From Lingula anatina (lineage: Eukaryota; Animalia; Brachiopoda), in contig CM120641.1 of NCBI GenBank assembly GCA_051362555.1, positions 26,914,401 to 26,978,400 on the forward strand: a DNA stretch of 64,000 nt, read 5' to 3'. Under the pieces are notes generated by a model that was given only the letters and a program-made list of their open reading frames with translations, was not told the DNA's origin and searched no databases. Within the stretch, counting starts at the first letter, position 1; each line of letters starts with the position of its first letter. Made by a program: the position numbers and the translations under genes. Shown in pieces: positions 15,901 to 27,742 of this stretch.

Positions 15901-18900
15901 ACACTCAGAGCTGCTTAATTAGGTATTTTTTATGCTGTTTTAATGAACGTATTCAGTTTGGAAAATATATGGCTACTGTTTTGTTTTGTTTTAGCCAAGA
16001 GAAGACCCAAAAAATCATGCTGCTCTTGCTAAAATCCCACTGGTGGTTCTCGATGCAGCAATTGCATTTTGGATATCCTTCCATTATGCCTGTTGTAGCA
16101 GTTTTGATGACTAACATTGCATGACCCCATATATAAATATATTATATTGGTCTTATCAAGCATGGGGTTTAGCAAGATCATGTTCTCTTTCCACATACAC
16201 ACACACACATATATTATAACCAATGCATGGTGTTACCTTTCAGCCTAGAGAAGACCCTGATAACCATGCTATGTTGGCACGCATACCTCTGGCAGTGTTG
16301 GATGCTGCCATTTGTTGGTGGATATCCTTTCTATTTATTAATTCCCTTGTGCTTAAAGTATTGCATGGGGATTATGCTAGTTTAGCTGTAGTTGGTGCTA
16401 ATTGTCATTTTTAACTTGCTACAAGGAGTAATTGGTTTTGGGTCAGCAAGGCATGTAACAGATAAACAACCAGGCAGCAAGGAGTTTTTGACACAGACAG
16501 GTGTGAGGCATGAGTGGATGTCACATACACATTGCTGGGGAATTGAGTAACTCACTTTAATTTGACTTGGGGATGGGTGTGTCATGCATGTATGCCAGGT
16601 CCACCATATTTGGTTCTTTTATTCTCAACATATACCATGGTATAAGAGCAGATATCATTACCTTATACTGACAATTGTGGCATGAGGGTGTAGTATATTA
16701 TTGTACCACCAGCGTTAGCGCTGGCGGTACACGTGGTTTTAGTCCCGTCCGGTCCGTTCCGCCGGCTCCGCCAGCTCTGCCGGCTCCGCAGCCATGTTAC
16801 CGTTACCGCTTCTCCTCCTAGACGGTAAGGGCCCCCATACCCATCTCTTGGATTTAGGTCACCTATAATCTCAACTCGTTCCACGTAAAATTTGGGCTTT
16901 GTCGGTATTGGGGCCTAGGTGTGGCATTCATTGCAATGCACCCTTGTCCAAAAATGGCAAAATTAAATGCTAATTATCTACCCTACGGAAGGAATTATGG
17001 GAAAAATTTCTACAGACGGCTTTCCAAAGGCATATGTGTAGATTTCAAATATGCCCTTGGATTTCACCTTTGACCTTTACTTCAAGGTCAAACGGGCCAA
17101 AATTTTCAAAAAAATGAATTTTTTTACAGAAAAAAAATTATTTGCGCTGTTATTCAGACACCACACAGACTTAACCAATAATATTATTGGAAAATGTTAC
17201 CCTTCAGGTCATCTTTCATATCCGTAATTTTGGGGTCAATCGGTGCATTTTCACGGGAGTAGCGGCCATAAGATACCGAAACTGAAAACTGTCTCTAATT
17301 CAGGAACCGTTAATGCTAGAGACCCATTCTTTTTTGCATTTTGTAGAGCATGTAAAGCCCAACACTGGAGGTGGTCTCCGTTTTTTTTTGTATTCCATAC
17401 GGTTTTCGAGTTACGCTGTATCAAAAAGTACATATTGGTGGTGAAAGCAAAATGTGCAGTGCGGTAATGGATAATAAATTTTAAACTCCGGAAAAATAAA
17501 ACATAAGGCTTGGTAAAGCAGACAACTTGTGGTCAAAAATGACATTATTTCATCAAATTTGAACTTCTGAAATTCAGAGCACCTCCCATTTCAAGAATTT
17601 TGACCAAAATGACCTTTTCTTTATTTTAATTAATTTTTTCTGTAGGAAATTTATGGCACATTATGGTAACCCCAAAATTATAACATTTAGTCCCTTATAT
17701 CTCCAAAACTGGCAGAGATAGGTCCATAGTTACTATTGAAGTTGAATAGGAAGTCATATACTGGCAATCTTACTGTGACCTTGAAATTGACCTTTGACCT
17801 ACTTTTCACCATGAACTGAACTTTGCAAATTTTGCTTCCCTTTTATCTCCAAAACTGGCAGAGATAGGTCCATAGTTACTATTGAAGTTGAATAGGAAGT
17901 CATATACTGGCAATCTAAATGTGACCTTAAAATTGACCTTTGACCTACTTTTCACCATGAACTGAACTTTGCAAATTTTGCTTCCCTTTTATCTCCAAAA
18001 CTGGCAGAGATAGGTCCATAGTTACTATTGAAGTTGAATAGGAAGTCATATACTGGCAATCTTACTGTGACCTTGAAATTGAACTTTGACCTACTTTTCA
18101 CCATGAACTGAACTTTGCAAATTTTGCTTCCCTTTTATCTCCAAAACTGGCAGAGATAGGTCCATAGTTACTATTGAAGCTGAATAGGAAGTCATATACT
18201 GGCAATCTTACTGTGACCTTGAAATTGACCTTTGACCTACTTTTCACCATGAACTGAACTTTGCAAATTTTGCTTCCCTTATATCTCCAAAACTGGCAGA
18301 GATAGGTCCATAGTTACTATTGAACTTGAATAGGAAGTCATATACTGGCAATCTAAATGTGACCTTGAAATTGACCTTTGACCTACTTTACACCATAAAC
18401 TGAACTTTGCAACTTTTTAATGCTTTTATTTTCAGAGATACGCCCATAGTTACTATTGAATTTGAATAGAAAGTCATTAGAGGCAATTAACTGTGACCTT
18501 TGACCTTCTTTTCACCATGAACTGAACTTTGCAAATTTTGCTTCCCTTTTATCTCCAAAACTGGCAGAGAAAAGTCCATAGTTACTATTGAACTTGAATA
18601 GGAAGACATATACTGGCAATCTTACTGTGACCTTGAAATTGAACTTTGACCTACCTTACGATGAACTTTAATTTGATTGTACCATTTTTAGTTATATATA
18701 TTTTTTGCATATTTTGAAAATTCTTGTTGATTGCATTTTTACAGCTTGTCAAGCACAAGACTGGTGGCTGTGTCCCTTATTTTGTGTATGTGGGGGTCTG
18801 TACGAATGCGCTTGCTCCAGCTGGTGGTACAATATTCGGAGGCGGTATCGCCTCTCTGATCCTCTAGTTTTTGAAATACTTTGATAAACTTTTTTATTGC

Positions 18901-21900
18901 CAAGATGCACTGAATTGCTCGATATAAAACAATAGATATGTTCCTTACCTTATCATAATTGTTAGCTAGGGGTTAACAAGCACCTTTTTTTTTAACCGAA
19001 AAAATTAGCATGACTTGTCCTATTATTACAACTGTTTTTACTATAACATGCCACAGATGACTGTTTTCAAACTGGAGGAACAGGGTTCGAGACATGCTTC
19101 ATTTGAGAATATTAAGAATTATTTTAGTATAATATAATTAATCTGATTTTCATTTTATTTGAAGAGGTGTTAAAAAGTTTGTTCAACTATTTTCAAAAGA
19201 TTGATTTTTTAAGAAGACTGTCAACACAAAGATTATATGAATTGAACAGGTCCATTTGTTTCCTTGACCTTTACCAAGTATTCTCCAGTCTTGTCCAAAC
19301 CACGAGGACTCTGAGACTGAGGAGAAATGTAGTGAAGCTGAGCTTGTACAGGCATTTTACAAATACCTTGATATTTGCTGTAGTAGGTGAGTCAGGCTTC
19401 CCAATGCAAGAGTTTAATTTGAGGCATTTTATTGATAAAAATGAGAGCATTGAAAGTTGCCTGTAGAAGACATATAAATAGTTTGTCATCATCCTGTAAA
19501 TGTAATGTGATGTGATAACATTTCATGGTTTTTGAGTAAGGGAAGTGGTTGGTTCACACAAGGATGCTTGTATTACCCATGTTGTTTAGTTTTTCTGAAA
19601 AGTAACTGGTTATGCTTGATCATTTTCGTTAAAAGAATTAAAATCTCTTTTCCAGCCTCTGTAGCATTCATGATTTGGTCCATCAAGCAGCATACATTTG
19701 CTGAGTGCTTGCAGGTAAGTTTGGCATACTGAGAAGTGAATTAACCCCATAGGATCCAGTTAATGCTGACCCATAAAGCTCTGCTGTGCCCAATTAATTC
19801 TGTGAGCTAGCCTTGAAAAGCCGGGTCACCTCAGTAAATTGGTCATAATTTATTTGTTTGCCTTTATTACCCATACAAAGTATACATTTTTAAAAAGCCA
19901 ATATTTCAGGCTAAATGAAAATAGAATTACATTTAAATTTTACATGCAGTATCAAAAGTTACAGCCGGTTAAAAACTACATTTTCATTTGGTAATGGGTA
20001 AAATAAAACAAAGTTGATTTATTTTATGCACATCAATTTTTTTTTTTTCTACATACATTTGCCTGAAAATTCACAGGGATGATGTCAATTATAGTAACTT
20101 TCAATCCAGGAAATTTCATCAATTTATCTCTATCAATTTTCAAGTTATGATCGTTTTGCTATCAGGTATACCAGCTTTTCAGCTCACCTGAACATAGTGG
20201 CCAGAGCTGAACAGAAGTCAAATTTTTACACCATCTATGACAAAAACATCTTTAAAACTTATATCATGAATAAAGGAATATCATCCCCACTGTCTATATC
20301 ACTGTCACTCGAAAACACCTTATCAGTGTCGTAGTTTTCAATCATTTCAATAACAGTATTCATTCGCAGGCCCCTTCCGTAGTGAGAAGTCGCCATTTTG
20401 ATTTTACTTTCACCAGCTAGGTCTAGAAAATCGCCGATTTCTCGCTCATATATATTTCTATCGTCCTTTATATCATAAATAAATGAATATCAACGCCACT
20501 GTCTATGTTACTGTCACACGAAAACTTCTCTTCAAAGTCCAGATTTTCAATCATTTCAATAACAGTATCCCTTCGCAGGTCCCTACCGTAGCGAGGAGCC
20601 GCCATCTTGATTTTACTTTCTCCAACTAAGTCTTGAAAATCGCCGTTTTCTCGCTCATATATATTTCTATCGCCTTTAAAAATGGTGGCAATGATAGACA
20701 AGAAATATACCCGGATGTTAAACTATATATCATTTCATGACTCACGATACAAAAGAGTACAGAAGACGATCTTTCCAAGATACGCACATATGCGGTTCTG
20801 GGCGTTTGGGGTAAGCGATAATTGAACCGCACATATGCGGTGACGGGCTCTATGGGGTTAAATCGTACTTAAAAACCTGTCTGATATAACCGCCCATAAG
20901 TGATCACTAGTGTTGGAAAGTTACTTACGGTAAAGTCTTGAAAATTTCGTCGCTTAAAAATTAATTAATATTTTTAATTGAGTAAATCCGACTAATTTTT
21001 CAAAATTACCTCTCCCCGACTCCTGGGTATGACGAAATTTTCAAAAATCCGGCCTTTGGGCTTTTATCCTTAGCGACTGTTATCTTTGACCCTCCTATAT
21101 GGTGGGATATTTATTACTACTTCCTAAGTCATTTTCTGGTGGTAAATAATAACCTATTTATTAGTGCATCTCGATTAAGTTGTATTTAACTTACTGTACC
21201 CGAAAACATGTTGAGAATTATTTTCTCGGTAAGAAACATACCTCCTGATAGAGGAGAAGGATCAAGATAAGCCTAATTGCAACCTTGCATCATAACCTGG
21301 ACGCGACATGTTAAAAAAAATTACGGGATAAAAAAAATATGGGAACGTTTGTTGCATGCAAGGCTTTTCCCAGGATTGAGTGTCAGGCCTTCTAAAAATA
21401 CCATCTGTAACTTCCTAAACATTTACAGGGAGTTAAATAATGATCTCCCGTTGACGATCTTCCGCAATTTAAGTTCCTTGAACTAATATGAAAACTGCAT
21501 ATTATTATTGCTTACATCGATGAAGATGTGAAAATTGCCTTTTCGTCTAGCAAGGATCGCAAACGATCTCCCGCTGACGATCTTCCGCGAACGAAGTTCC
21601 CTAAATCCCTTGAACTAATATGAAAATTGCATTTCATTCTTGCTTACATCGCGGACGATCTCCCAAAGAAGATATGAAAATTGCCTTTTCGTCTCGCTCG
21701 GATCGCGAACGATCTCCCTCTGACGATCTTACGCGAACAAAGTCTTGACGATATTACGCGAACGATTCTCCGCTGAAGATATGCCGTGAGCGGGGGAAGG
21801 GGGGGTTAAAGATAAAATGAAAAATATATATTATTTATAAAATTCAAAGGGGGAGGGGGGGGGGTTAAATAATGATCTCCTGCTGACGATCTTCCACGAA

Positions 21901-24838
21901 CGAAGTTCCCTTGAACAAATATGAAAAGTGCATTTTATTCAAGCTTACATCGCGAACGATCTCCCGCTGAAGATATGAAAATTGCCTTTTTGTCTCTCTC
22001 GAATCGCAAACGATCTCCCGCTGATTATCTTATGCGAACGGAGTCCGCTACAAATATGAAAATTATCTTCTCGTCTCGTTTGGATCGCGAACGATCTGTT
22101 GACGATATTACGCGAACGATTCTCCGCTAAAGATATGAAAATTGCCATCTCGTCCCATTCGCATTGCGAATGATCTCCATGTACGAGCCAGGTAATCGTT
22201 AAATGGTCCTAAACTGAACATGGGCATGAATAGAAGTGACGGGTACATTTCATTTGAGATAATATCTTGATTTTTTCATTGTGTCTTCCTCATTTAGGAC
22301 AGCCGCCGATAACAATAACGGCGTTACAAATGACAAAGACGCGGCCTGTGACTTCTATTTGCCGGCTTGATAACGCACCTTAAGCCAGGTAATAGTAATG
22401 CAACTAAAGACAAAAGGCCGACGTTCCCGCAATTGAGAACGGGAATTCACATCTAAACCATCTATATTGTGAGTAACTGCTCGCAGGGGCGCACTATTGT
22501 TCCTATCTCCCATTGAGAGTGTTATCGGCAATGATATCCTGATCGTATCATTGTCTTGAATCAACTGACGCATTACCTTCACGTTTGAGCAGGACAACGC
22601 CGCCATATTTGGTGACGAACTTTTCAAAAATTATCGAGTACCTCATTTTCAAGGTCGACGAAGTTTTCAAAGGGAAAAAAATTACGTCGGCGGAAAATCG
22701 TCTGTCGACGAAATTTTCAAGAACGACGAAATTTTCAAGACTTTACCGTAGTCCAGGTGCAGCACAAGTTCCTTTTTATCATGTTTTTGGAATAAAGAAG
22801 GATGCGTAATGCTTTTAAATTGCATACATTCTATGGTAATTTTACTCTGTATATGTCATTTTAATTAAAACTACGATGAATTATTATGAATTATTTTATG
22901 TATTCAGGACTGGGCAGAGTTGTGGTTAGATGACGCCTACTGGCACCTGCTGTTTTCTGTTATTCTAATGGTGATAATGGTACTTTGGAGACCCACTATC
23001 AACAACCAGAGGTAAGCTGCACAATTGGCAAGATTTTGAATGCAAAGAATCTTTGCTGGTTTTGTTTCTTTTTCTGTTGAAGCTCATATATCTTTCTCTT
23101 TTGTTGGCCTTTATGATGGATATGTATTAGATATAATGCAGTATGTAATATTTCTGCATTTTCTTTTTCATGGCTTCTTTTCATGGATTATTGAACTTTC
23201 ACCAATGCTCTCTCTGTTTCAGATATGCATTCTCCCCACTGCTAGATGCAGCAGACCAGGAAGCAGAGGAACCCATGATGAATGATGCTTTTGGTTAGAT
23301 TTGATGTTTAATTTTTAAAGGCCATAAAACTTATGGCAACAATAATGTGTAATTAATAGTAGCTACTGCATGGGGTTGTGATAAGTATTTGACTTTTTGA
23401 AAGGCACACAAGTTAAACATTAATACACAGATTTTAATATTTCTTGGAGATTTCAATTCCTTTCCATTAATATAGTCAGTTGCACAGTATTCAAAACTGT
23501 TCACAGATATATGATCCATGTAAGTTCAAAGTTTCTGGTTTTTGAGTGCCTCTTATAATGAAGATAGACTGGTGATTTTCACTTGTGGAGCTAAAAAAAG
23601 AATTTTAGAAGTCAAAAACATCTTGATAGATTGTAATTTTCTCAATGATTTTGGATATAGTTGTACCCCCAGCGTGGCGCTGGCGATACACATGGTTTTA
23701 GTCCTGACCTGTCTCGTTTACCTTGGTGATGGAAAATATGCTATATAAAGGTCTTACATCACATGCCTTTAAATCTGGATCACTTAACAACACTCTTTGC
23801 ATTTCAGAGGGAATGAAGATGAGAGGATTAAAAGCTGAAGGTCAAGTGAAGCCCAAGGAACCAGCCTCCAAAGTGGTACGTTCTGGCTACCCCTCTAATG
23901 CCCAAAGTGCTTCCTGTAGTGTATAAAAGATAGCTCTCTTGCTGATGTTGCATATGAAGATTATCTTTGAAACTGTGAATTTCAAAATAAAAATTTTACG
24001 AAATAAAAAAAAAAATATATATATATATATATATATTATAGCATTTTCTGTACCAAGTTTTGTACTATTGAAACTGTGTATATGGTATTTGATTTATTTA
24101 TTGTTTTACAGGAGGACGATCTGAAGTGGATAGAAGAAAACATTCCTGCATCAGTAGCTGATACGTAAGGATTGATTTTCGTGGATACTTCTGTTTTGGT
24201 CTTTTCATCAATGTTGAATTTTATTAACAATAACACAGTTCAACTTTGTTAAAGGGATAATAACTGTTCATTTTGGCCAAAAAATGAAATTTCCCGGAGT
24301 AAACAACAATTTTCCCATACTTACTAATGGTAAATGAACCCATTTCTACAATCAAAGTTAGTCCCTGTTTTTTTTTCTGAAAAGTTTGGTTTTATGTGAT
24401 AACCTCTTTAGAGATTATTACAGAGTATAGCCATCTATGGAGGTCACGTGGTCTGATGACAAGCTCAGATATCAGAATAATAGAAATACGTAACTGCTGT
24501 TTTTGTGGTAAAACATAATATATAATATTTCTATGAGTTGTTTACAATGTTTTTATTGTGAAATATAGATCTCATATGAAGAGTTATTATCCCTTTAAAT
24601 GACTCGAAATTAGTTTTCAACTGCATTTGTTAAATGATTTGAAGTTATCTTTTTCTTTATAGCTTTCCACAAAATAATCATGAATTATTATTGAACAACA
24701 ATATAGTGAAATGAAATCATTAATATTTCTTTTCTTAATCCCAATATAAATCTGTTCCCTTCTAGTGCCCTCCCAAGCCTGTTGGATTCAGATGAAGAAA
24801 TCATGACCACCAAGTTTGAGATGTCCAAGATGGAGTGA
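9971..24838 (+). CDS. TMEM87A: Transmembrane protein 87 (GOLD + 7TM, LUSTR/GOST family)
   Basis: Exons 9971-10069, 10723-10783, 10917-10996, 11507-11650, 12290-12331, 12663-12725, 13147-13188, 13456-13563, 13916-14006, 14278-14339, 14529-14649, 14841-14903, 15062-15161, 15518-15611, [15995-16072 or 16244-16321], 19278-19386, 19656-19714, 22908-23011, 23223-23293, 23808-23875, 24112-24164, 24766-24838. Motifs: [108 protein letters not shown]. Likely a single co-ortholog of vertebrate TMEM87A/B. Confidence 0.93.
15995..16072 (+). CDS. TMEM87A: TMEM87 alternative exon A (78 nt, [26 protein letters not shown])
   Basis: Acceptor TTTTGTTTTGTTTTAG, phase 0-0, open frame, followed by the U12 donor ATATCCTT at 16073. 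Confidence 0.85.
16244..16321 (+). CDS. TMEM87A: TMEM87 alternative exon B (78 nt, [26 protein letters not shown])
   Basis: Acceptor TTACCTTTCAG, phase 0-0, open frame, followed by the U12 donor ATATCCTTT at 16322. Confidence 0.88.
16699..18868 (+). mobile_element. Non-autonomous Helentron-type element (HINE/pearl-like) inside the U12 intron
   Basis: 5' subTIR TATTGTACCACCAGC with adjacent inverted repeat (GTACCACCAGCG-TTAG-CGCTGGCGGTAC) and a GTCC/CCG-type microsatellite. Internal tandem array. 3' inverted subTIR GCTGGTGGTACAATA (18820-18834), hairpin GAGGCG-GTAT-CGCCTC, and a CTAG end followed by a T-run. Confidence 0.8.
17695..18665 (+). repeat. 146-bp tandem repeat array, about 6.5 copies
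   Basis: CTCCAAAACTGGCAGAGA recurs at 17701, 17847, 17993, 18139 and 18285 (period 146). One shortened, diverged unit follows, then another copy at 18553. Confidence 0.95.
19745..20857. mobile_element. piggyBac-like non-autonomous transposon
   Basis: TTAA|CCCCATAG ... CTATGGGG|TTAA (TTAA target duplication, CCC/GGG termini). Internal ~210-bp direct duplication (about 20258-20467 and 20468-20676). Two CGCACATATGCG quasi-palindromes near the right end. Confidence 0.75.
20928..22748. mobile_element. Tc1/mariner-pogo-like non-autonomous element with internal minisatellite
   Basis: TA|CGGTAAAGTCTTGAAAATTTCGTCG ... CGACGAAATTTTCAAGACTTTACCG|TA (25-bp perfect TIR, TA duplication). Subterminal GACGAAATTTTCAA repeats. 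Internal degenerate repeats of GCGAACGATCTCCCGCTGAAGATATGAAAATTGC (about 21450-22180). Confidence 0.8.
23661..23720 (+). mobile_element. Isolated 5'-end remnant of the same Helentron-type family as 16699-18868
   Basis: TTGTACCCCCAGCGTGGCGCTGGCGATACACATGGTTTTAGTCC closely matches TTGTACCACCAGCGTTAGCGCTGGCGGTACACGTGGTTTTAGTCC at 16701. Confidence 0.7.
24253..24594. mobile_element. Short TTAA-flanked MITE (Kolobok-like termini)
   Basis: TTAA|AGGGATAATAACT ... AGTTATTATCCCT|TTAA. Confidence 0.6.
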
Positions 24839-26844
24839 AAATATGGATGAATTTACACTTTAGTTTCTGAAGGGATGAAGCACGATTTGATTATTAAGGG
24901 TTGGGTTTCCTTTATATGGAATTGTCAGTGATGTCATGCTCTTCAAGATATCTATTTGGGATGTCATTCCTCTCCTTTCTGACTAGCTCACCTGTGCTAA
25001 AATATCTCTCAAGCAACTTACAGGGAAAATTGATGAGACAGCTAACAGTTTTAACTTGTTAAAAGCAAAAGTTGTTTCTTTAAGTTGTTAACTTTAAAAT
25101 GCGCATTTCAGTATTTAAAAAGAAAAAAAAACGTACTTTTTATTAACCGTGCCCAATTGTTTGCACATCATATAGAGTTAAAAGTGAAGCATAAGTTGTT
25201 TAGTGTTTAAACCATCTTGGCTTACAATAACTTTAAAAGATGACAATACAAGGCCCTTTTCACATTGTGCAGTTTATTTAACTTCATCGCATTGTTTTGA
25301 GAGATTGATGACTCAATAGCCTGGCTATTATGTAAGAGTCATCTAAATGGAGTTACTGCCATGGCCACAAAATCGGATTCAATTTGATTGATCCAGGCAG
25401 TTGTATACAAACTAGTGATAGGGAGCATAACTCCCCATTACATTAGGGTCAGTCTTGATGTTGCGGTACAGGCAAGTAAACGAGTGAGAAGGGCCCAAAG
25501 TATACATCATTTGATTTCTTTACCCTGTCTATGTATGACTGGAAATCATTCAGTCGTAGATTTGTTGATTTTGTTACATCTCACATTCATGATCTCTCGG
25601 CTATAAATAAGGGCAAGTTATTATGAGGGATTGATTTATTTGCTGGGGTGATGCCTAGATTATTGTATATTCCAGAATTAAATGTGCAGCTGGTTAAGAT
25701 GTGTTGGGATCTTGTGGTATGTGTAGTTTGTTTCAATTTTTAGATTATTTAATTGGGGGATATAGATTTTGACTGTAGTATTCTGAGGAAGTGCACAATA
25801 TACAATTGCTTTTTGTCAAATCATGCTGATGTTTAAGGAGCTTATTTTGTTGTATATATGATAATATATATATTCATGTTCCATATGTAATAATTTCGAA
25901 GGAAATTTCAGATTTAAAGTTATTATTTGTTTTCAGTTTCCTTTAATTGTATAATATTTTTACTGTGTAAATAAAGTGGGTCAATCTCTATTGCCATGAA
26001 TTTTTTAAAGTTAATTCTTCATGAATATTTTTTCTAATAATCTGTGAACCTCCAGTATTGGGATGCAAAATGGTCTAAAGGTTGGATAGATTGACTTGCA
26101 AAAGTCCAGATTTTGTCAGATGGACTCCTTTTTCGTATAATTCCACAATGTATGTTATATTTGTACATGGTTATTTGATGAGTCGGCAGTTGATTATTAG
26201 GACTCTCTTTGGGAAATCCAAGAGCACCCTGGAGTAGACGTGCTCAGCCAGTTTCTGTGACCCAAAAACATTTAATTCATGATCCTAGAATAAAAAAATA
26301 GTATGTTCTTTTTGAAATGTAAATTCAAAATGCATAGAAGTTATCCTCAAGATAATATATGTCGCCAATCATAAAAAAACATACTGGTTTTTAAAACTTG
26401 GCTTAACACTGCTAACAAATGGACTTATAAGTGTAAAAATGACCGTAATTTACAACTGATAATCTGGAGCAATCCTTGTGTCTTTACTTACATGAATAAC
26501 TCCCACAAATACGAAATTTAATATCATTCGATACATATGTTGCCTATATTTTTAATAAGTTTTAGCTGCATTTAATGCATGTTTCTTAACAATGGAAGGG
26601 ATACTGAAAAAAAAACATAACTTGTCTTCAATACAAGGGTAACGAGACAAAAACATCACTTGTCTTTAATAAAAGGGAAACGGGGCAGAAAATATTACTT
26701 GTATTCAATCGATTTGTTAAAATTGTTCATATGATACATTTACCGACACATACTTTTCCATATTGCGTGTAGATATTTTTATTCTTATTTTCAATTTGTT
26801 GTCCCTCTTTTAAGCTAACACTTAATTCTTAGTGTATATGACGT

Positions 26845-26847
<3 letters not shown>

Positions 26848-26916
<69 letters not shown>
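26848..26916. repeat. (TA)n microsatellite
   Basis: Uninterrupted TA run of about 34 units. Confidence 0.97.
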
Positions 26917-26918
<2 letters not shown>

Positions 26919-27069
26919 TGTGAACATTTTTCGCAGATAGTTGAAGGCAAGAAATATTTTTTGTCTCGTTTTCTTTTATTTTAATGTAACATTAAGACAT
27001 GAGTGTTGGCAAAATAAAAGACAAAATGAAAGACAACCAATGAAAATGGAATAAATAAATATTTACACG

Positions 27070-27742
27070 CTTCATGGTAACGTATGTATCATATTTACGT
27101 AACTAAAAAGAATGAGCGACGCACATATACAACGTCGCACACAACCACAGAGTCGCGACAACAGAACAAACAATGGAATCAGAAAACAATACCTTCACGT
27201 TATTTGGTAAAGTATGTATCGGTAACGTATCTATCATATAAACAATTTCAACAGACGGTTTCAAGACAAGTAACCTTTACTTGCCCTGCTTTTCCTTTTT
27301 ATTGTAATGTAGTATACCGTAAGAAAATGGCGTTTGCTATCAAGACGGACAACAACCAATAAAAATGTATGAATTAATTTGTTGCATTGTTTGTTTTCAT
27401 TGTTTGTTGTCCGTTTTGTGAGCAAACGCCTTATTCTTACGGTATACGACATGACTATATTGTTTGGTGGGCCAACATTTTACTTTTCTGTTACAATACA
27501 ATAAAAGAAAACGGGACAAAAAAAAGTTTCTTGCCTTTAATTATTTGTGAAAATCGTTCATATGATACATAATTTATCGATACATACGTTATGTTAAGGT
27601 ATTGTTCTCTAATTCCATTGTTCTCTGTTGTCACGACTGTGTGGGTGCATGAGACGTCGTACATGTGCTGTCGCATGTTTTCATGCCGCTTTTCTTATAT
27701 GTTACGTTCATATGATTCATACGTTACCGATACATACGTTTT
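27070..27742. mobile_element. Degenerate foldback/MITE with long imperfect inverted arms
   Basis: GCGACGCACATATACAACGTCGCACACAACCACAGAGTCGCGACAACAGAACA (about 27116-27168) is the approximate reverse complement of TGTTCTCTGTTGTCACGACTGTGTGGGTGCATGAGACGTCGTACATGTGCTGTCGC (about 27619-27674). GTAACGTATGTATC / GATACATACGTT motifs recur in both orientations. Confidence 0.55.

Larger units (their letters stand above)
16322..19277 (+). other. U12-type (minor spliceosome) intron with AT 5' end
   Basis: 5' splice site ATATCCTTT. U12 branch site TTCCTTGAC at 19260-19268, directly before CTTTACCAA|GTATTCTCCAGT (VFSS...). No U2-type polypyrimidine-AG acceptor restores the frame. Confidence 0.85.

Noticed and set aside
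15995-16072. Exon A as a dead pseudo-exon or an assembly duplication
   Set aside because: It is too diverged from exon B for an assembly artefact, yet keeps exact length, frame and both splice signals.
17695-18665. Regular repeats resembling a CRISPR array (also 30965-31750 and 21450-22180)
   Set aside because: Units are contiguous with no unique spacers, there are no cas genes, and the context is eukaryotic introns; these are transposon-internal tandem repeats.
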